Positions 1 through 13,828 of a DNA stretch of 64,000 nucleotides are shown piece after piece. Within the stretch, counting starts at the first letter, position 1; each line of letters opens with the position of its first letter. This DNA comes from Haliotis cracherodii. Lineage: Eukaryota. The stretch lies in assembly GCF_022045235.1 (NCBI RefSeq), contig NW_027266273.1:3472001-3536000 (forward strand), given 5' to 3'. The notes beneath the pieces are model-generated. The model saw only the letters and a program-made list of their open reading frames with translations, was not told where the DNA came from and ran no database searches. Both the position numbers and the translations under genes were made by a program.

Positions 1-358
1 CCGGGGTTCAATCCCCAGCCGCGTCATACCAAAAAACGGTAAAAGATGATACCTGTTGTTACCCTGCCTGGCGCTCGACATTAAGGGGCTGAAAACATGG
101 AGTCAGTATACTGTGTCTGAGTGGGGTATTAATGTTAAGCTGCGGCATGGTATCTCAATGGGCTAGCACTATAAAATCGGCATTAGTTCGGACTAGGACA
201 CACACACACACACACACAGACGTGCATGAAGGTCGCTATATAAGTGCAATAATCTTGAACGCCATTTCACCCCACCTCACCTCATAACTACGCAATATTC
301 AAAATAGATTATTGAGTGGATCAAATGCTTCTTTTGACGAAACCAACAGCTGCTTTTA

Positions 359-393
<35 letters not shown>

Positions 394-1726
394 CACACAC
401 ACACGTGAACGTGTAATTAATGAGTGGGCGTGAAATGTTTCTAGTATGGCCCTGCAAGGATAACATGTATATGCATTGAATCACAGGAAATACCATTCGG
501 CGTCATTTATTTTTCATAAATTTCTACTGTCCTAATACAGAGGCCAGCATGCTAATAATCCACATCTTGGCAAATGCCACTCGATCTGACATGGAACCGT
601 ATACATCACATTATTGCATCATTACAAACATGCCGGCAACGTGTTCTAAACTTGTTCCATCATAATCCCTGCTTTTCAAAATAAACAAAAATCCAAACAA
701 AACATTCAAAAGTAGGCGTATTCATGACGGATATCATGCCTGAAGTTAATTAACACTGAATGCCAGTACATCTTGTCTTTATGAAGTTAATCACTATTTC
801 TATAATTTCTCCCCCGAGCCTTCAATTAGTCGATGATTCATACATAACATGACATATACACCTGTCTTATTAATTTTTGGCAGGATTTGCTCCTTTACGA
901 GATCCAAATGTTACCCAACAATCAGCACACATCCGCAACAATATTTATTAATCGAACACCTGAAGCAAGGTTCCTCGATGCAAAATTTTTAAGAGTTGAT
1001 GAAACAGAACCTTCTGTTCTCACGCCCGGGGGTCGGGACTGAAGGATCTTTTTGGCAGGTGCGCGAACAAGGTCACCGTGACATAGGGCATGGTTACCTA
1101 GGTGTCAGAAGGATCATCGTTTCACAAAGAATTGCATGCAAGTAGTACACGTCATCTGGCATTTCTTGATGTGCATCGTCGAGTGCAGAGTCTTTAATAA
1201 GAACATAGTTACCATGCTCGTCTCTGCTTTATGGCGATTGGTTCAAGAGACATGTATCTTCCCTTTGCTCGTGCAATGGGTGCTTTGGTGGGGTATAATC
1301 TGTGCTATGTGGGCAGTGGTTCAAAACGGGAAAGATAAAAGATAAAATAGTTTTACCCTCGAGACACAAGTACCTAGGGGAAGATGTCCCGCCCTAACAA
1401 AACGTTTCCATACCGAAAGTTCAAACGGAGCACGTTCTTACCACGGCGGATGGCATTTATCCGATGAATGATTACCAAAAAAGTGTTAGTCCATTTTGAA
1501 GTGTATTATTCCAGACTTTAATCAATGTGACAATATGTAACCAGCAAACCTCACCCGTGATGGCATTATCTATGTATGCAATCCATCTGGCACCATTATA
1601 TTCTTTGAAATGTAAACTCCTTGAAGAACATACATAAAATCAAGACACTTGTAGCAGGTAGACAGCTTTGTAGCTCCTAGGTACATGTAGCGTACTATGC
1701 TGATACAGCTTTTCTAAATATATTTT

Positions 1727-2004
1727 GGGGGCACGGGGGCCCCAGTCGTCTAAGGCGCCGCGATTCGCTGTGCAGGGTTGCGTCCCTTGGGCACGCTAGA
1801 AACCTATGATTGTGGGTTCGAATCCCGGTTCGCCCCGATTATATTTCTAGGTTTGTCAGCACCATACCCATGCTCGTGGGTTTCACCGAAGTGGTAAACA
1901 TCTTAGACCTGCATCACCTCGGGCTTTCCTCCCACATTAAGCTGACACGCCGCGATATAACTGGAATAATGTTAAAAGCGGCGTTAAACCCAACTCACTC
2001 ACTC
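1727..2004 (+). mobile_element. tRNA-derived SINE family 2; other copies ~4330-4551(-), 15600-15871(+), 43690-43962(-), 44101-44348(-), 47038-47324(-), 50915-51195(-), 58616-58846(+), 62625-62902(-)
   Basis: Head ggggcacgggtggcccagtcgtctaaggcg, B-box ggttcgaatccc, (ACTC)n tail and 14-bp TSD tctaaatatatttt. Confidence 0.85.
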
Positions 2005-2627
2005 TAAATATATTTTACTTTCTAATGCAGTTAGCTTCACTGAAGCTGCCTAGAGTTAATGATGATGTTTGTATGTTTTAAGAACACACAAAACATCAGA
2101 ATCTATTTGCACTTTAACGAGAAATTGTGTAGATGCGAGTACATCATCATGTGAAATCAAAAACCACGAACGTTACCAACGATGGAATTGCAGCTTAGAC
2201 AGTATCCGTCGTTGTCTGCATGGACATAAAGTGAGCTGCTCTTTGCCTATGCTTGTATCAAATGTAGAATTACGCATGCAGTAATCAAAGGGAATACTTC
2301 TGTAACTTAAATATGTTGCTCAATGTCGATACTTAGATGTATATAAAGTGTAAAGCGAAACCTCGTTGTGAGAGCCCGGATTAAAGAAATCATCGAAACA
2401 AAACATTGTGTTTTGTGCTCAATAAGACTGTATGACAAGACGGATGACATCGAATAGTCAAATTTCTTTTAATGTCTACCCGTGAAGATTCCGGGGTAGA
2501 ATAGGTCTTCAGCAACCCATGCTTACCGTAAATGGCGACTATGCTTGTCGTAAATTTAAAAGGTGACTAAAGGGATCGGGTGGTCAGGCTCGCTGACTTG
2601 GTTGATGCATGTCATCGATCCCAACTG

Positions 2628-2900
2628 AGTAAGAACGTCATACAACTCTTGCTCAAAAGTTGTTCGATCAAGGTAACACACCTCAGTGAAGCTTTCAGAA
2701 CGTTTTATGGTAGATATGTTGAGGACATTTCGAAATTTGATGCAGCAGTGACAAAATTGATGTCAGATGCAATTCCCTATTTTGCCTTTCAGAACAAAAT
2801 TGCCTTGCCTCTGCATGAGTTTGGGATGGGTGCCACTGGTTGGACAGGGTACGCTCACCCTTTTGCGAATACCTTGTATCATCATTTTTTAACAGCCTTA
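2628..2900 (+). mobile_element. Penelope-like retroelement 3' fragment
   Basis: Translation LL..C....L...FRTFYGRY resembles Penelope-like C-termini. The downstream motif cagggtacgctcacccttttgcgaatacct recurs at ~49315-49352 (-) and ~61058-61097. Confidence 0.4.
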
Positions 2901-4671
2901 TATTTCCCTATCACTTGCAACTGTGGACTCCCAGCATGATAAACCGCAGACGTATGTCATGACTATATGTTATTTCCACATTACTATGTATATTTCAGAC
3001 TATAAGAAACAAACAAATAAGGGTGCTTTGTGAACTTTATGAGAACGCTGCTGGGTAACTTAGAAAAGGCCAAAGTAACACAGGTAGGTGTTTACATCTT
3101 TGGTGAAACAGAAAAGGTGTCGACAGACCAAGAATTATAAAATTGAACTGAATATGGGAGCCGTCATCACTCGATTGTGACACACAAGTTGACTCAACTC
3201 TGAACAGCCCTTTGACCACTGAACCCCTGACACTGTGGTTATATTTTATGACTGTAACTGTTGGCTCCAATCGGCCATAATCCTCAACCAAATAAGAAAA
3301 GTATCGCCTTAACCCGAATGTTTAGCCAATACCACAACAGTGCCTTGACCATATCATCCCTGCAATGTGGAGGCTCCGACAGTCAAAGAGATTCTTCATT
3401 GGTGAACATTCACAAATTCTTTCACCACCACCAACCCCACCCCCGACCCCTGACCCCCAACCCTCTCTACGCCCACCCAGTACGACAATACACTGCCCAT
3501 GTTAGGAGAGACAGTTGTTATCAGGGTTATAATGACTGTATGTGTTCCACGCAATTAGTGGCAAGCCGTCTTAGACTGTTTGCATGTTTCCTGACAAGTA
3601 AATATTTGTTTTGTCTACAATACTGTTCGCCAATTATTCTCCCGAAAATACCTTCCCCCGGAACCAAAAGAGCACCATGCGGAATCAATCACCTGCTCAT
3701 CTACACATATGTATATCTTACCTCTCCGATGGTAATCATCCTCACGTGCTGCAGATCTATCTGACGTCATCACGATGCCAATCTGACGTCATTTAAATAT
3801 AAAAATGTAATTGTCCGTTCCTACACCAAGCCTAAACCGTTACGACCAACGGGGCGATATATCCCCGGCAAGACGGGGAAGGTTGTGCTTAATAATCCTG
3901 ATTTCTCTTCCACAATATTTGTAACCGCTGCACTTTGCAGTACATACCATTGGAGTCAGAGGATCAGCACCACACGACTCTTTATTGCGAATTGCATAAT
4001 GCTTAGAGCCGGGACCACACACTCGCCTTCTATTGTCTGCGCTGATGTTGTCTGTGATGGGTGGGGATGCTGTCTGAATGGAATTAGGGCAGGGGAGAAG
4101 GTATGGTGAGGTATATATGCAGGTGACCCCCTCCACCTGTTGGTGTTTCTCACAGGGAACACAGTAATGTGCTGACATGGGCTGATTGAGGAGCGCCGGT
4201 TCGTTATTTCAAGGTAGACAAGACCCCTGATATTTAATGCACTGTTTGCCGGCAAGAGTGAACGTATGTTGTTGGGGTTTTCTTGTAATCATTAAGGATG
4301 TCCGCACCTTTGTGTAGCTTTTTTACCTCAGTGAGTGAGTGAGGGGTTTAACGCCGCTTTTAACAGTATTACAGTTACATCGCGGCGTGTCAGCTTAAAG
4401 TGGGAGCAAAGCCCGAAGTGATGCAGGCCTCAGACGTTTACCACTTCGGTAAAACACACGAGACAAAACTGGAAACATATTCGGGGCGAACCGGATTCGA
4501 ACCCACAATCACAGCGAATAGCGGCTCCTCAGACGACTGGGCCACCCCCTGCTCCTTTTTTACTTCAGGTGTTAGTAAAGTACTAATATGTTAATTTTAG
4601 AATAAAAAGGGTGGTATTGCATTCTTTTGCGCCTGGCAAATACAAACTCACCAAGCTAAATACACAGTACA

Positions 4672-4672
4672 C

Positions 4673-4724
<52 letters not shown>

Positions 4725-4733
4725 TAATAATAA
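4672..4733. repeat. (TAA)n microsatellite
   Basis: Directly visible. Confidence 0.95.
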
Positions 4734-7700
4734 TATAACTCCCCACACTGTGTCAAAATTGTGGTCATAAAGTATTTCAAACATTTATCCAAATTTTACC
4801 ACAATTGGCTAAAACCTGTTTTGCGTGCTAATTTTTCAACGAATTAATTATAACTCGTGCATCTAATTATTACCCCAGTTCTAATATACGTAACTGAATT
4901 CCATTGATAACGTCATAATAACGTCATGCAGCGACGTAACAATGTGAGGGATATCATAATGAAAAATTATATAAGTTTGCCGAAAACAAGAAGACTGAAC
5001 GACCTGCCTGGAAAAGCAAACGGAACAAATAGTCGTCAGTTTTGATGATCGGACATTGCGTCAAAGATTCGTAACTACTAAAGGGTTAATATAGGATAGA
5101 CCAATCTACAATTAGTCATTAGAACAGCCTGATACATGGTGTTTCAAGTTGCGCACTGAACCTAGAACAACAAACAGTAGAACCCTTTAATTTGATGTCA
5201 TTTGCACCAGATCGAGTAATCCATAGTTCGAGACAAATACGGTGCCAATATTTGACCACAAAATTCCATGGTATTGAGCAATGTGCCGAGTGACGCAAGT
5301 TCGAGATAAGAGAGATTTCTGCCAATAAGGATTCTCATAGTACGATAAAGCTTTCTCCTATGGAGCGATATACTGAGTGACTGAGGATGGTTTTACGCTG
5401 ACTTTAGAAATAGTCGGCGGAGGACACCAGAAATGTTGAGCGAGATATCGAGTTACGAAAGTTGAGTTAAAGAGATTTCACTGTATTATACAACGCAAGA
5501 GGTAGCCATGTCTTAGTATTGGTAGTCACGATCATAGCCTTAATAAGAGCGACAAAACCCTTACCATATTCATAAGAAACCTCTGCCAAAATCAGAGTCG
5601 ATTGTATGATTCCGACAATATCATGATTGGTTGGTTGGTTTTTTTAATTGTTGTTTAACGCCACACTCAGCAATATTCCAGCTATATGACGGCGGTCTGT
5701 AAATAATCGAGTCTGGACCAGACAATCCAGTGATTAATATCATGAGCATCGATCCACACAATTGGGATCAATGACATGCATCAACAAAGTGGGGGGGGGA
5801 TCTTCCCCGGAATCTTCACGATAATAAGCATGCGCTTATGAATCGCTATCGAATAGTTATGAGAAGACTCTCACAAGCCTTCGTTGCCTGTTTGTTACCA
5901 ATATCAAGACTCATATATTTCTGTACTCTCTTTAATAAAAATTCAAAACTGTCAGCCATATTTAACCAAGAAAATTGCTTCTCATTATCTTCTTACATCA
6001 AAAGAATAATTCACGTTCCATCAGGCAAAAACGGTTATCTCTTTTAATCTTTATTTCCTCCTCGTAATCACTGGTCAATAAAACTGAACATTAAATTATA
6101 CGATATTCAAACAGTTATTACAAGCATTGAACTTGGATTGGCCTCCTTCATACAAAACACATCCCACATTCAAGAAAACCGCTTCAAATTAAGTGTTAAG
6201 TGGGAGTAAATCGAGGAAGGATATGTTTCTCTTCTTTTCAAACAGAATTGGTCGATCTTGACAAAATAGCTTGAGCACTTTTCTTGCGGCTGTTGCTCTG
6301 TCGATTCTTCATCTTTTGATCAGTTTTCAGGGACATGTCATGCTTTGTAAACGTTATTCATGCTTGACTGAACAATGTCGCATCCTCATGATCCCCCTGA
6401 CAGATGCTCTCTCAAGATTACAACTCTCTTTACCTAATAATTAACAACTGATTTCTGTGAGGTGACTTTTGAGTTATTGTTTGTTTTGTTTATTTGTTGT
6501 TTAACGCCACACTCAGCAATATTCCAGCTTTATGAAGGCGGTCTGTAAAATAATAGAGTCTGGACCAGACAATCCAGTGATTAACATCATGAGCATCGAT
6601 CCACGCAACTGGGATCGATGACATGTATCAGCGAGCCTGACCACCCGATCCCGTCTGTCGCCTTTTCCGACAAGCATAGTCGCCTTTTACGGCAAGTATG
6701 TGTTGCTGATGACCTAATCTACCCTGGAATCTTCACGGGTCCTTTTGAGTTATCGTTGGCAATGAACGTACAAAGGCAAATCAAGGAATCTAAGCTTGGG
6801 CAACGGTTGGGAGTCCTACTTTTATATTCCCAAAACTTGAACGAAACAGTTCGAGGGTTTGTTCTGACACCAATTTGAACAGTATGCCAGTAACATAACC
6901 GTTTGACAGCTTGGTGTAAGAGAAAATACCAAAGTGGTACATTTCGTAAATGTTTTACCACCAGCGTTGTTTGGTGCTTACAAACCAAGTGTGTGAACTT
7001 TGGATCGAAACCAGTGACTTGCCTATACTGCATAATGCTAAATAATATAAATGACACTTTAATTCACATATACTATAATGTAAAAGCTCAGCTTCAACCT
7101 GATTGAGTACGTGTTTCCAAGGCTTAAAAAATATCGCACTTTCATGTAAAATATCTGTGTTCACAACAGATTTTGATAGTGAAATTTAGACGACAGGTCG
7201 AAAAAATAAAAGAAATCAGTTAAAATGCATGTGATTTTTATCGGTAAAGTGATTTTAAAAAGAACGATATATCGCTGGAATAATTTCTGTTTTAGTGATA
7301 TAAAAATCCCATGGATTATTTTTATTGACAAAAGCGATCTTTACCGTTTTCTGAATTTTTCTATTTGTAAGGTTGGCGGACACGTAAACCAAGGAACGAA
7401 AAATGCAAGGCCTTCTTAAAATATTTAATACATCTGATAGCTTGGTTAGTTTTAGTTTCCCTTTGATCTAACCTTTTGCTGTCCATGTTTTATAGAGCAA
7501 AACATAAAACACTGTGCTGCGGTGAAGATCGGGTTACAATTCACCTTCCGCAGCCAATGCTTGTTGTAAAGGGCGACTTACTAGATTCATTATTTTATAT
7601 CATAATGTGACCGCCTCCGTGGTCTAGCGGTAGAGCGTCCACCCGGAGTGCTAAATGACGTTAAAAGGTGGTACTTGTTGTTACCATGTCTGGCGCTCGG

Positions 7701-10700
7701 CATTAAGGATCCTAACAAAGACGGGTCGGTATACTGAGTCTGTGTGGGGTATTCATGATAAACTGCGGCATGGTATCTCGGCATCAGTCCGGACTAGTAC
7801 AAGCAGCCACACAAACACACACACGTACATGCACGTCGCTATATAAGTGCAATAATCTTAGACGCGACGGTAAACCCCATTTCGACTCACCTTTATTATA
7901 ATATATATGTACACAACGTATCAGAGCAGCTTCTCATTACTTTACATTGATATGAATCCGTGAAATGAACAGGTCAGCAACTCGTGCTAACCGTAAAAAG
8001 CGATTCTGCTTGTCGTAAGAGGCGACTAACGGGGTCGGGTGGTCAGACTCGCTGACTTGGTTGATGCATGTCATCGTATCCCAATTGCGTAGCTCATGAT
8101 GACAATCACTGAAATGTCTGGTCCACACTTGATTAGCGTCATATAGCTTGACTACTGCTAAGTGTGGCGCTAAACAATAAACAAACACGTACACGTGTCA
8201 TGCCTGCATCACGTTGGATTTTCTTCGCTGACTTGGTTGATGCATCACATCGTATCCCAATTGCGTGAATCGATCAGTCACTGGATTGTCTGGTTCAGAC
8301 TCGATTATTTACAGTCCACCGTCATTAAGCTGGAATATTGCTGAGTGCGGCGTAAAACAACCAACCAACCAACCAACTTCAAACATGCGGTGATAAAAAC
8401 CACAGTACTGCCCCAAACCACGTTAATTATAAACTACACTAACTCGTTCATAAGACAAAGCCAACAGGCTCGAGTTATTTTACACAACGTTGCACAGTCT
8501 GAGGTGCGTCAGCTTTCCAAGGGATCCATATACCGTGTAGAGTTGTCTCCCTTGCAACAGCTGCTTCCCATGTTTGTTGCTGACGTCTCAGTTTCAAGGG
8601 AAAGTCTTCCATATAAAGTTAAACCAAATACAAATATCTTTACCATCTTTAAAGGTACCATGATATATACAATGAAACGTTTACTCAACTAGATTTTCTT
8701 TTAATTACGTTCGTGGGATTCCAGGTTATAATTACGTCCCCAGCAACCAATGATTTTCGTATGAGGACATTAAATTGATCAGCCGCGGTGATTTCGTTGA
8801 TTGTGTGTTATCGTACACCGACAGCGTGAATCATTGTTCATGATATCAATCACTGGATTGTCCGGTCCAGGCTCGATTATTTACAGAACGTCGTCATATT
8901 GCTGAGTGCAACTTTAATCAAACAAACAATCAAGCATTTTTCAAATATTATGAAAACGAAATGATGGGCACATACGACATGAGTGAGTGAATGATTTACA
9001 GATGGTGCTTATTACATGTGCAAGTTAATTTTGATGAATTCAGTAAACTGGTGAATGGCATCCATGCACAGGTGGCAAGGTTTGGTTTGGATTGCTGTTT
9101 TACATTGCATTTAGCAATAATTCAGCTTCATATATATGACAGCGATCTTTAAATAATCGAGTCTGGACCAGACAATCCAGTGATTGATATCATGAGCATC
9201 GACCAACGCAATTGGGATCGATGACATGTTTCAACCAAGTTAGCGAGCCTGACCACCCGATCCCGTTAGTCGCCTCTTACAACAAGCAAAGTCGCCTTGT
9301 GCGGCAAGCAGGGTTGCTGAAGACCCATGCTTGCCGGATCTTCACGGGTGTCAAGGTAGTCTAAGGCGTTGTAAGTCGGCATTGAAAGTTTATAAGTAAT
9401 GTGAGGATTGGCAGATCGCGGTCAGAATCCTAGGCCTAGACACTGCCTTATTGTGATTCTGGTGCTTTTGTTAGCACCATACCCTCTCATGGGTTTCATA
9501 AAAGTGGTAAATGTCTTGGATTTGAGTCACTTTGGACTTTCCTGCTATATTTAACGGACAACTCATAATTGATAATTGAGTTAAATTTCAAAGCGGAGAG
9601 GCGAGGAGTCCAAGTGGTTAAAGTATAACGGAATCACCGACAACAGCAACACCAACAAAATATGACGCTCCATATGCTCTAGACCCGTAAATATCCGGGA
9701 TAGAATAGGTCTTCAGCAACCCATGCTTGCCGTAAAAGGCAACTAACCGGATCGGTTGGTCTGACTCGCTGACCTGGTTGATACATGTCATCGATCCCAA
9801 TTGCGTAGATCGATGCTCATGGTGTCATTCACTGGATTGTCTGGTCCAGACTCGATTATTTGAAGACCGCCGTCATATAGCTGGAATATTGCTGAGAGCA
9901 GCGTTAAACAACAAACAAACAAAGAAACAAAACTTCGTAACCTACATGAGGTGGGCATCCTTGAAGAAAACTAAGCAAGCCTTGCAAAGTTTCGTTCTAC
10001 TACACTTCACCATTATGGCGTCATATCGCTCATTGTGACGGAAGATTTTTTCAACCAAGTCAGTGACCACCCGATCCCGTTCGTCGCCATTTACGACAAG
10101 CATAGTCGCCTTTTAATGTGACTGAAGAGATGACATCACAGTCGAATATAGAATAGCGCCAAATTCCCAGTTCTCTGCTGTCCCCAAAACCTAAAATACA
10201 TTCTTTTTATAGATTTCTATCGTGTTTTCTGCACGAAATGTATTGCCACACATTCTTTGAATAGTGTAGTAAACGGAACTTTTCATTTTGTAACTTTTAA
10301 TTGTTGACATATTATTTAAATATTCCTACCGACAATGACTTATAAAATGTGAATATTAGCTTCCGCGATGATAAGGCCGTCAAATTACCTGTTTCAATCA
10401 GAGGTGATTTATTGTGATTTGACAACCTCTGATTGACCAATCAGAATGGAGTAATTTCCGATTCATGGTTGAATCATATAAACCCTTTGTAATAGATAAA
10501 TGAGTTTCTGATTTTCAGTAATCCATTCATATAATTATCACTGTGTTGCCTTTTACGATCAATGGAATCTGTTTCAGCAGATAATCGAGACTGGTTATTC
10601 TCTGGCGTAGATGTTATATAATTGTTAGTACAAACGGTATAATAAAATCTATTCTTGCTGATAACACAAACAATTACCATATGACACATGTAGAAGAAAC

Positions 10701-11365
10701 AAACAACCCTAGCGTTTGAATACATACTTTTCCCGGAAGACCATTGCCATTACACGATGTAACAAGTTATTGACAATGCAAATGTAAGCATTTATTTCAT
10801 TATTCAAAGAACATTGATCAGCATTCATCAATACATACATTGAATCTTTATACCCGTGAAGATTCCGGGGTAGAATAGGCCTTCAGCAACCCATGTTTGT
10901 CGTAAAAGGCGACTATGCTTGTGGTACGAAGCAATTAACGGGATCGGGTGGTCAGGCTCGCTGACTTGGTTGATGCGTGTCATCGATCCCAATTGCGTGA
11001 ATCGATGCGCGTGATATCAATCACTGGATAGACGATTATTTACAGACCGCCGTCATATATACCTTGATTGCTGAGTGCGGCGTTAAACAACAAACTAACT
11101 AACCAACCATTATGGCGTCATATCGGTCATTGTGAGGAAAGATCCAGCGACAAATCACCAAACAAACACCATTGCCATTACATGATGTAACAAGTTATTG
11201 ACAATGCAAATGTAGGCATTTATTTTATCATTCAAAGAACATTGATCAGCATGCATCAGTGCATACGTTGAATCTTTATGCATCAGTCCAATGATTTCCT
11301 GTGTAGTGTATGATTTTCTGTGTAACTCGGTGAAACACAATGGATTAAACTGTACACATCTTTCA

Positions 11366-11541
11366 ACTTCCTTGTTAACACAGGATGTATAAATGTAACT
11401 AAACAAGTAACCTACCAGTGGCTCCTCTCTCCGGGTCGGTTAGGCAAGGGACGCATGGTATCTATCGAGTGATTTACAAGACTACGTCTACAAACAGTCT
11501 TATGTGACACCAATGTTATCTTCAACACACATGATGTAAAC
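11366..11541 (+). promoter_or_regulatory. Putative promoter and first exon of cassette A
   Basis: ACTTCCT (ETS-like) at 11366, tataaat at ~11388, donor gtgagt at 11542; homologous to 38842-39042. Confidence 0.5.
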
Positions 11542-12591
11542 GTGAGTATGCATCTTTTCTAACAGAGGAAAGAATATTACTCTAAAATAGCACAGAAATT
11601 CATTGTTGTGTCCGACGGATGCTCAAATCGACACATTCTGTCCACATTACTCATGTTACACTTGGCCGTGAACATCCGGGGTAAAATAGGTCTTTAGCAA
11701 CCCATGCTTCCCGTAAAAGGCGACTATGCTTGTCATAAGAGGCGACTAACGGGATCGGGTGTTCAGGCTGACAAGGTTGATGCATGTCATCGATCCCAAT
11801 TGCGTCGATCGATATTAATGTTGTCAATCACTGGATTGTCTGGTCCAGGCTCGATTATTTACAGACCGCCGTCATATAGCTGGAATATTGCTGAGTGCGG
11901 CGTTAAACAACAAACAAACAAAACATGTTATACTTAAATCGGTCTTATACAGATATCTATAACTTATAAGGAGATAATTCGTTATCACCTCCATCCACAG
12001 TCCTGTAGGTTGGATCCTTTAAATTGAAAATCGTAAATTTGCATGCAGATGTAATTTTAACATTGGAGGGAACAGTCGTATCCAGTTAATGACATAATGT
12101 TTCGTATGCCCCAAGTAGCTTGTGATTCGCATATGTAACAAACCGTAAGTTTGTATACACGGAACTATTTCACTTTCCGCGAAAATTACGTCACATCTCA
12201 TCAGCAACTATACATGTATGCTTCCCTGTCACAACAAAACGGTGACCCAGATAAGTCAATGTACTGTGGCCCTAGTAGCAATGATTGTTTGTTATATAAC
12301 TCCGCACTCATCAGTATTCCAATATTCAAGTCTGGACAGGCAAGACAGTGACTGACATCATGAGCAGCTATCTATGCTGGGATATGATGACATGCATCAA
12401 CCAAGTCAGCGAGCCTGACCACTCGACCCTATTTCCCGCCTGGAATATTGCTGAGTGCGGCGTTAAACAACAAACACACTGTGTATCAAATGACATCAGT
12501 TCGAAGAGACAAACATATTTTAAAAAGAATTTACCTTCAGAACAGCTATATTCACAATTTGAACAATTACACATTTTTCTTTCAGAAAACT

Positions 12592-13703
12592 ATGCCATGC
12601 AAGTGTAGTACCTGCAAGAAGGTTGTTGACCTGTACAAAAAATCACAGAAGAAGGTGCCAAATCTGTTCTGTGATCATATTGACATTTGCGATTTAAAAG
12701 GTAAAAGGAAATATAAAGAGCAAAAGAAAACAAAATTGAGACAAATCGAGATCAAGTTGTCTGCATCATTATTCTTCATGTCAGCGGGACGGCATGTGGT
12801 GACCGTTTCTTGGGATGTGTGGATGAGTTTCTGGAAGAAAGTTTGAACAATTTCATATGTGATGGAACCTTGTTTGTAGATACATACAAACGGAAATGGC
12901 TGTGTGAAATAAATACGTTTGAGAAATTCACAGACTGCATCCTAATATCGGTTGAGAAAACCAAAGGTGTTGCTACTGTAGATTTCAAAACTAAAGTTTG
13001 CTCGGATTTAAAGGTCGAAAGACCATCAACGCTTAACATCGTGTCTCTCTTGTCTCACGGGAAAAGGTCCTCCAAAAAGGCTGCGGAATTAAGAGGCTTG
13101 CAATCAACTCCACACGAAAGTCGAAACATCCAACTCAAAGCATATAGACCCAAAGAACAAGACAAAAGCGCCATTGAGAGTAATCCAGATACATTTGCCA
13201 AATATATTTGGGAAAAACTTCGATTCCGAGAATATCTCAGTTGTATGACAAAAAATGAAGAAGGGGGATCCTTTTATCTAGGAATTACCGAAAAAGAAAC
13301 AAAATATACAAACACATCACCGGACAGCTCATTCACTTACAGTAGTTGTGTTCCAGATATCGAAGGATTTGTGTTGAACTTTAGTGAAGATGCTTTGAAG
13401 AAAAGTCTTATGTGTTTGATTCAATCTCATGTCACGATACTATATGTTGACACATCTATTGAAGACATTTCACCAGATCTTGTAAAATTTCAGTTCTATA
13501 GTTTGGGAAATAGCACTCCTGAAGGCAACAGGTTTGTCCTTGAGATTGCAGTTGGTTACACGGGCGGGATAGTGTTCTATGACAAAGAAGGTCCCCTGGC
13601 GTATCACGTTAATGGAGGGGATGTTGAAAGAATCACCCCATATGATTGGTTGTGCAGAGTAACAAAAACATTTGATGATCTGAAATGCGATTCCTCTCCA
13701 TAG
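12592..13703 (+). pseudogene. SLFN-like: Schlafen-like gene copy A, frameshifted
   Basis: ORF-track pieces 12448..12846 and 12810..13703 together match the intact paralogs. A 22-bp deletion (ctcagaaacacagcaggtggca, relative to copy B) between 12765 and 12766 removes the LRNTAGG motif and shifts the frame. Acceptor tttttctttcag ends at 12585; ATG at 12592. Confidence 0.85.
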
Positions 13704-13828
13704 TAAGCAAGAACCTTTTGAACACATGTCAGTGCCCTTTTTTGACGGTATCATAATTTCTTTGGACACCGGCTCATTACCGCACACATTCTTCATACAT
13801 TTATATTTTGATCAGAAATAATATGAAA

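Noticed and set aside
1727-1835. tRNA-like heads with A/B boxes (also 30320, 34960-35028, 60766, 63925)
   Set aside because: They continue into SINE bodies with tails and TSDs, so they are not stand-alone tRNA genes.
3920-4330. GC-richer segment resembling a solo LTR (minus-strand AATAAA, ending ttaca)
   Set aside because: No second terminus, TSD or internal retroviral motifs could be identified.
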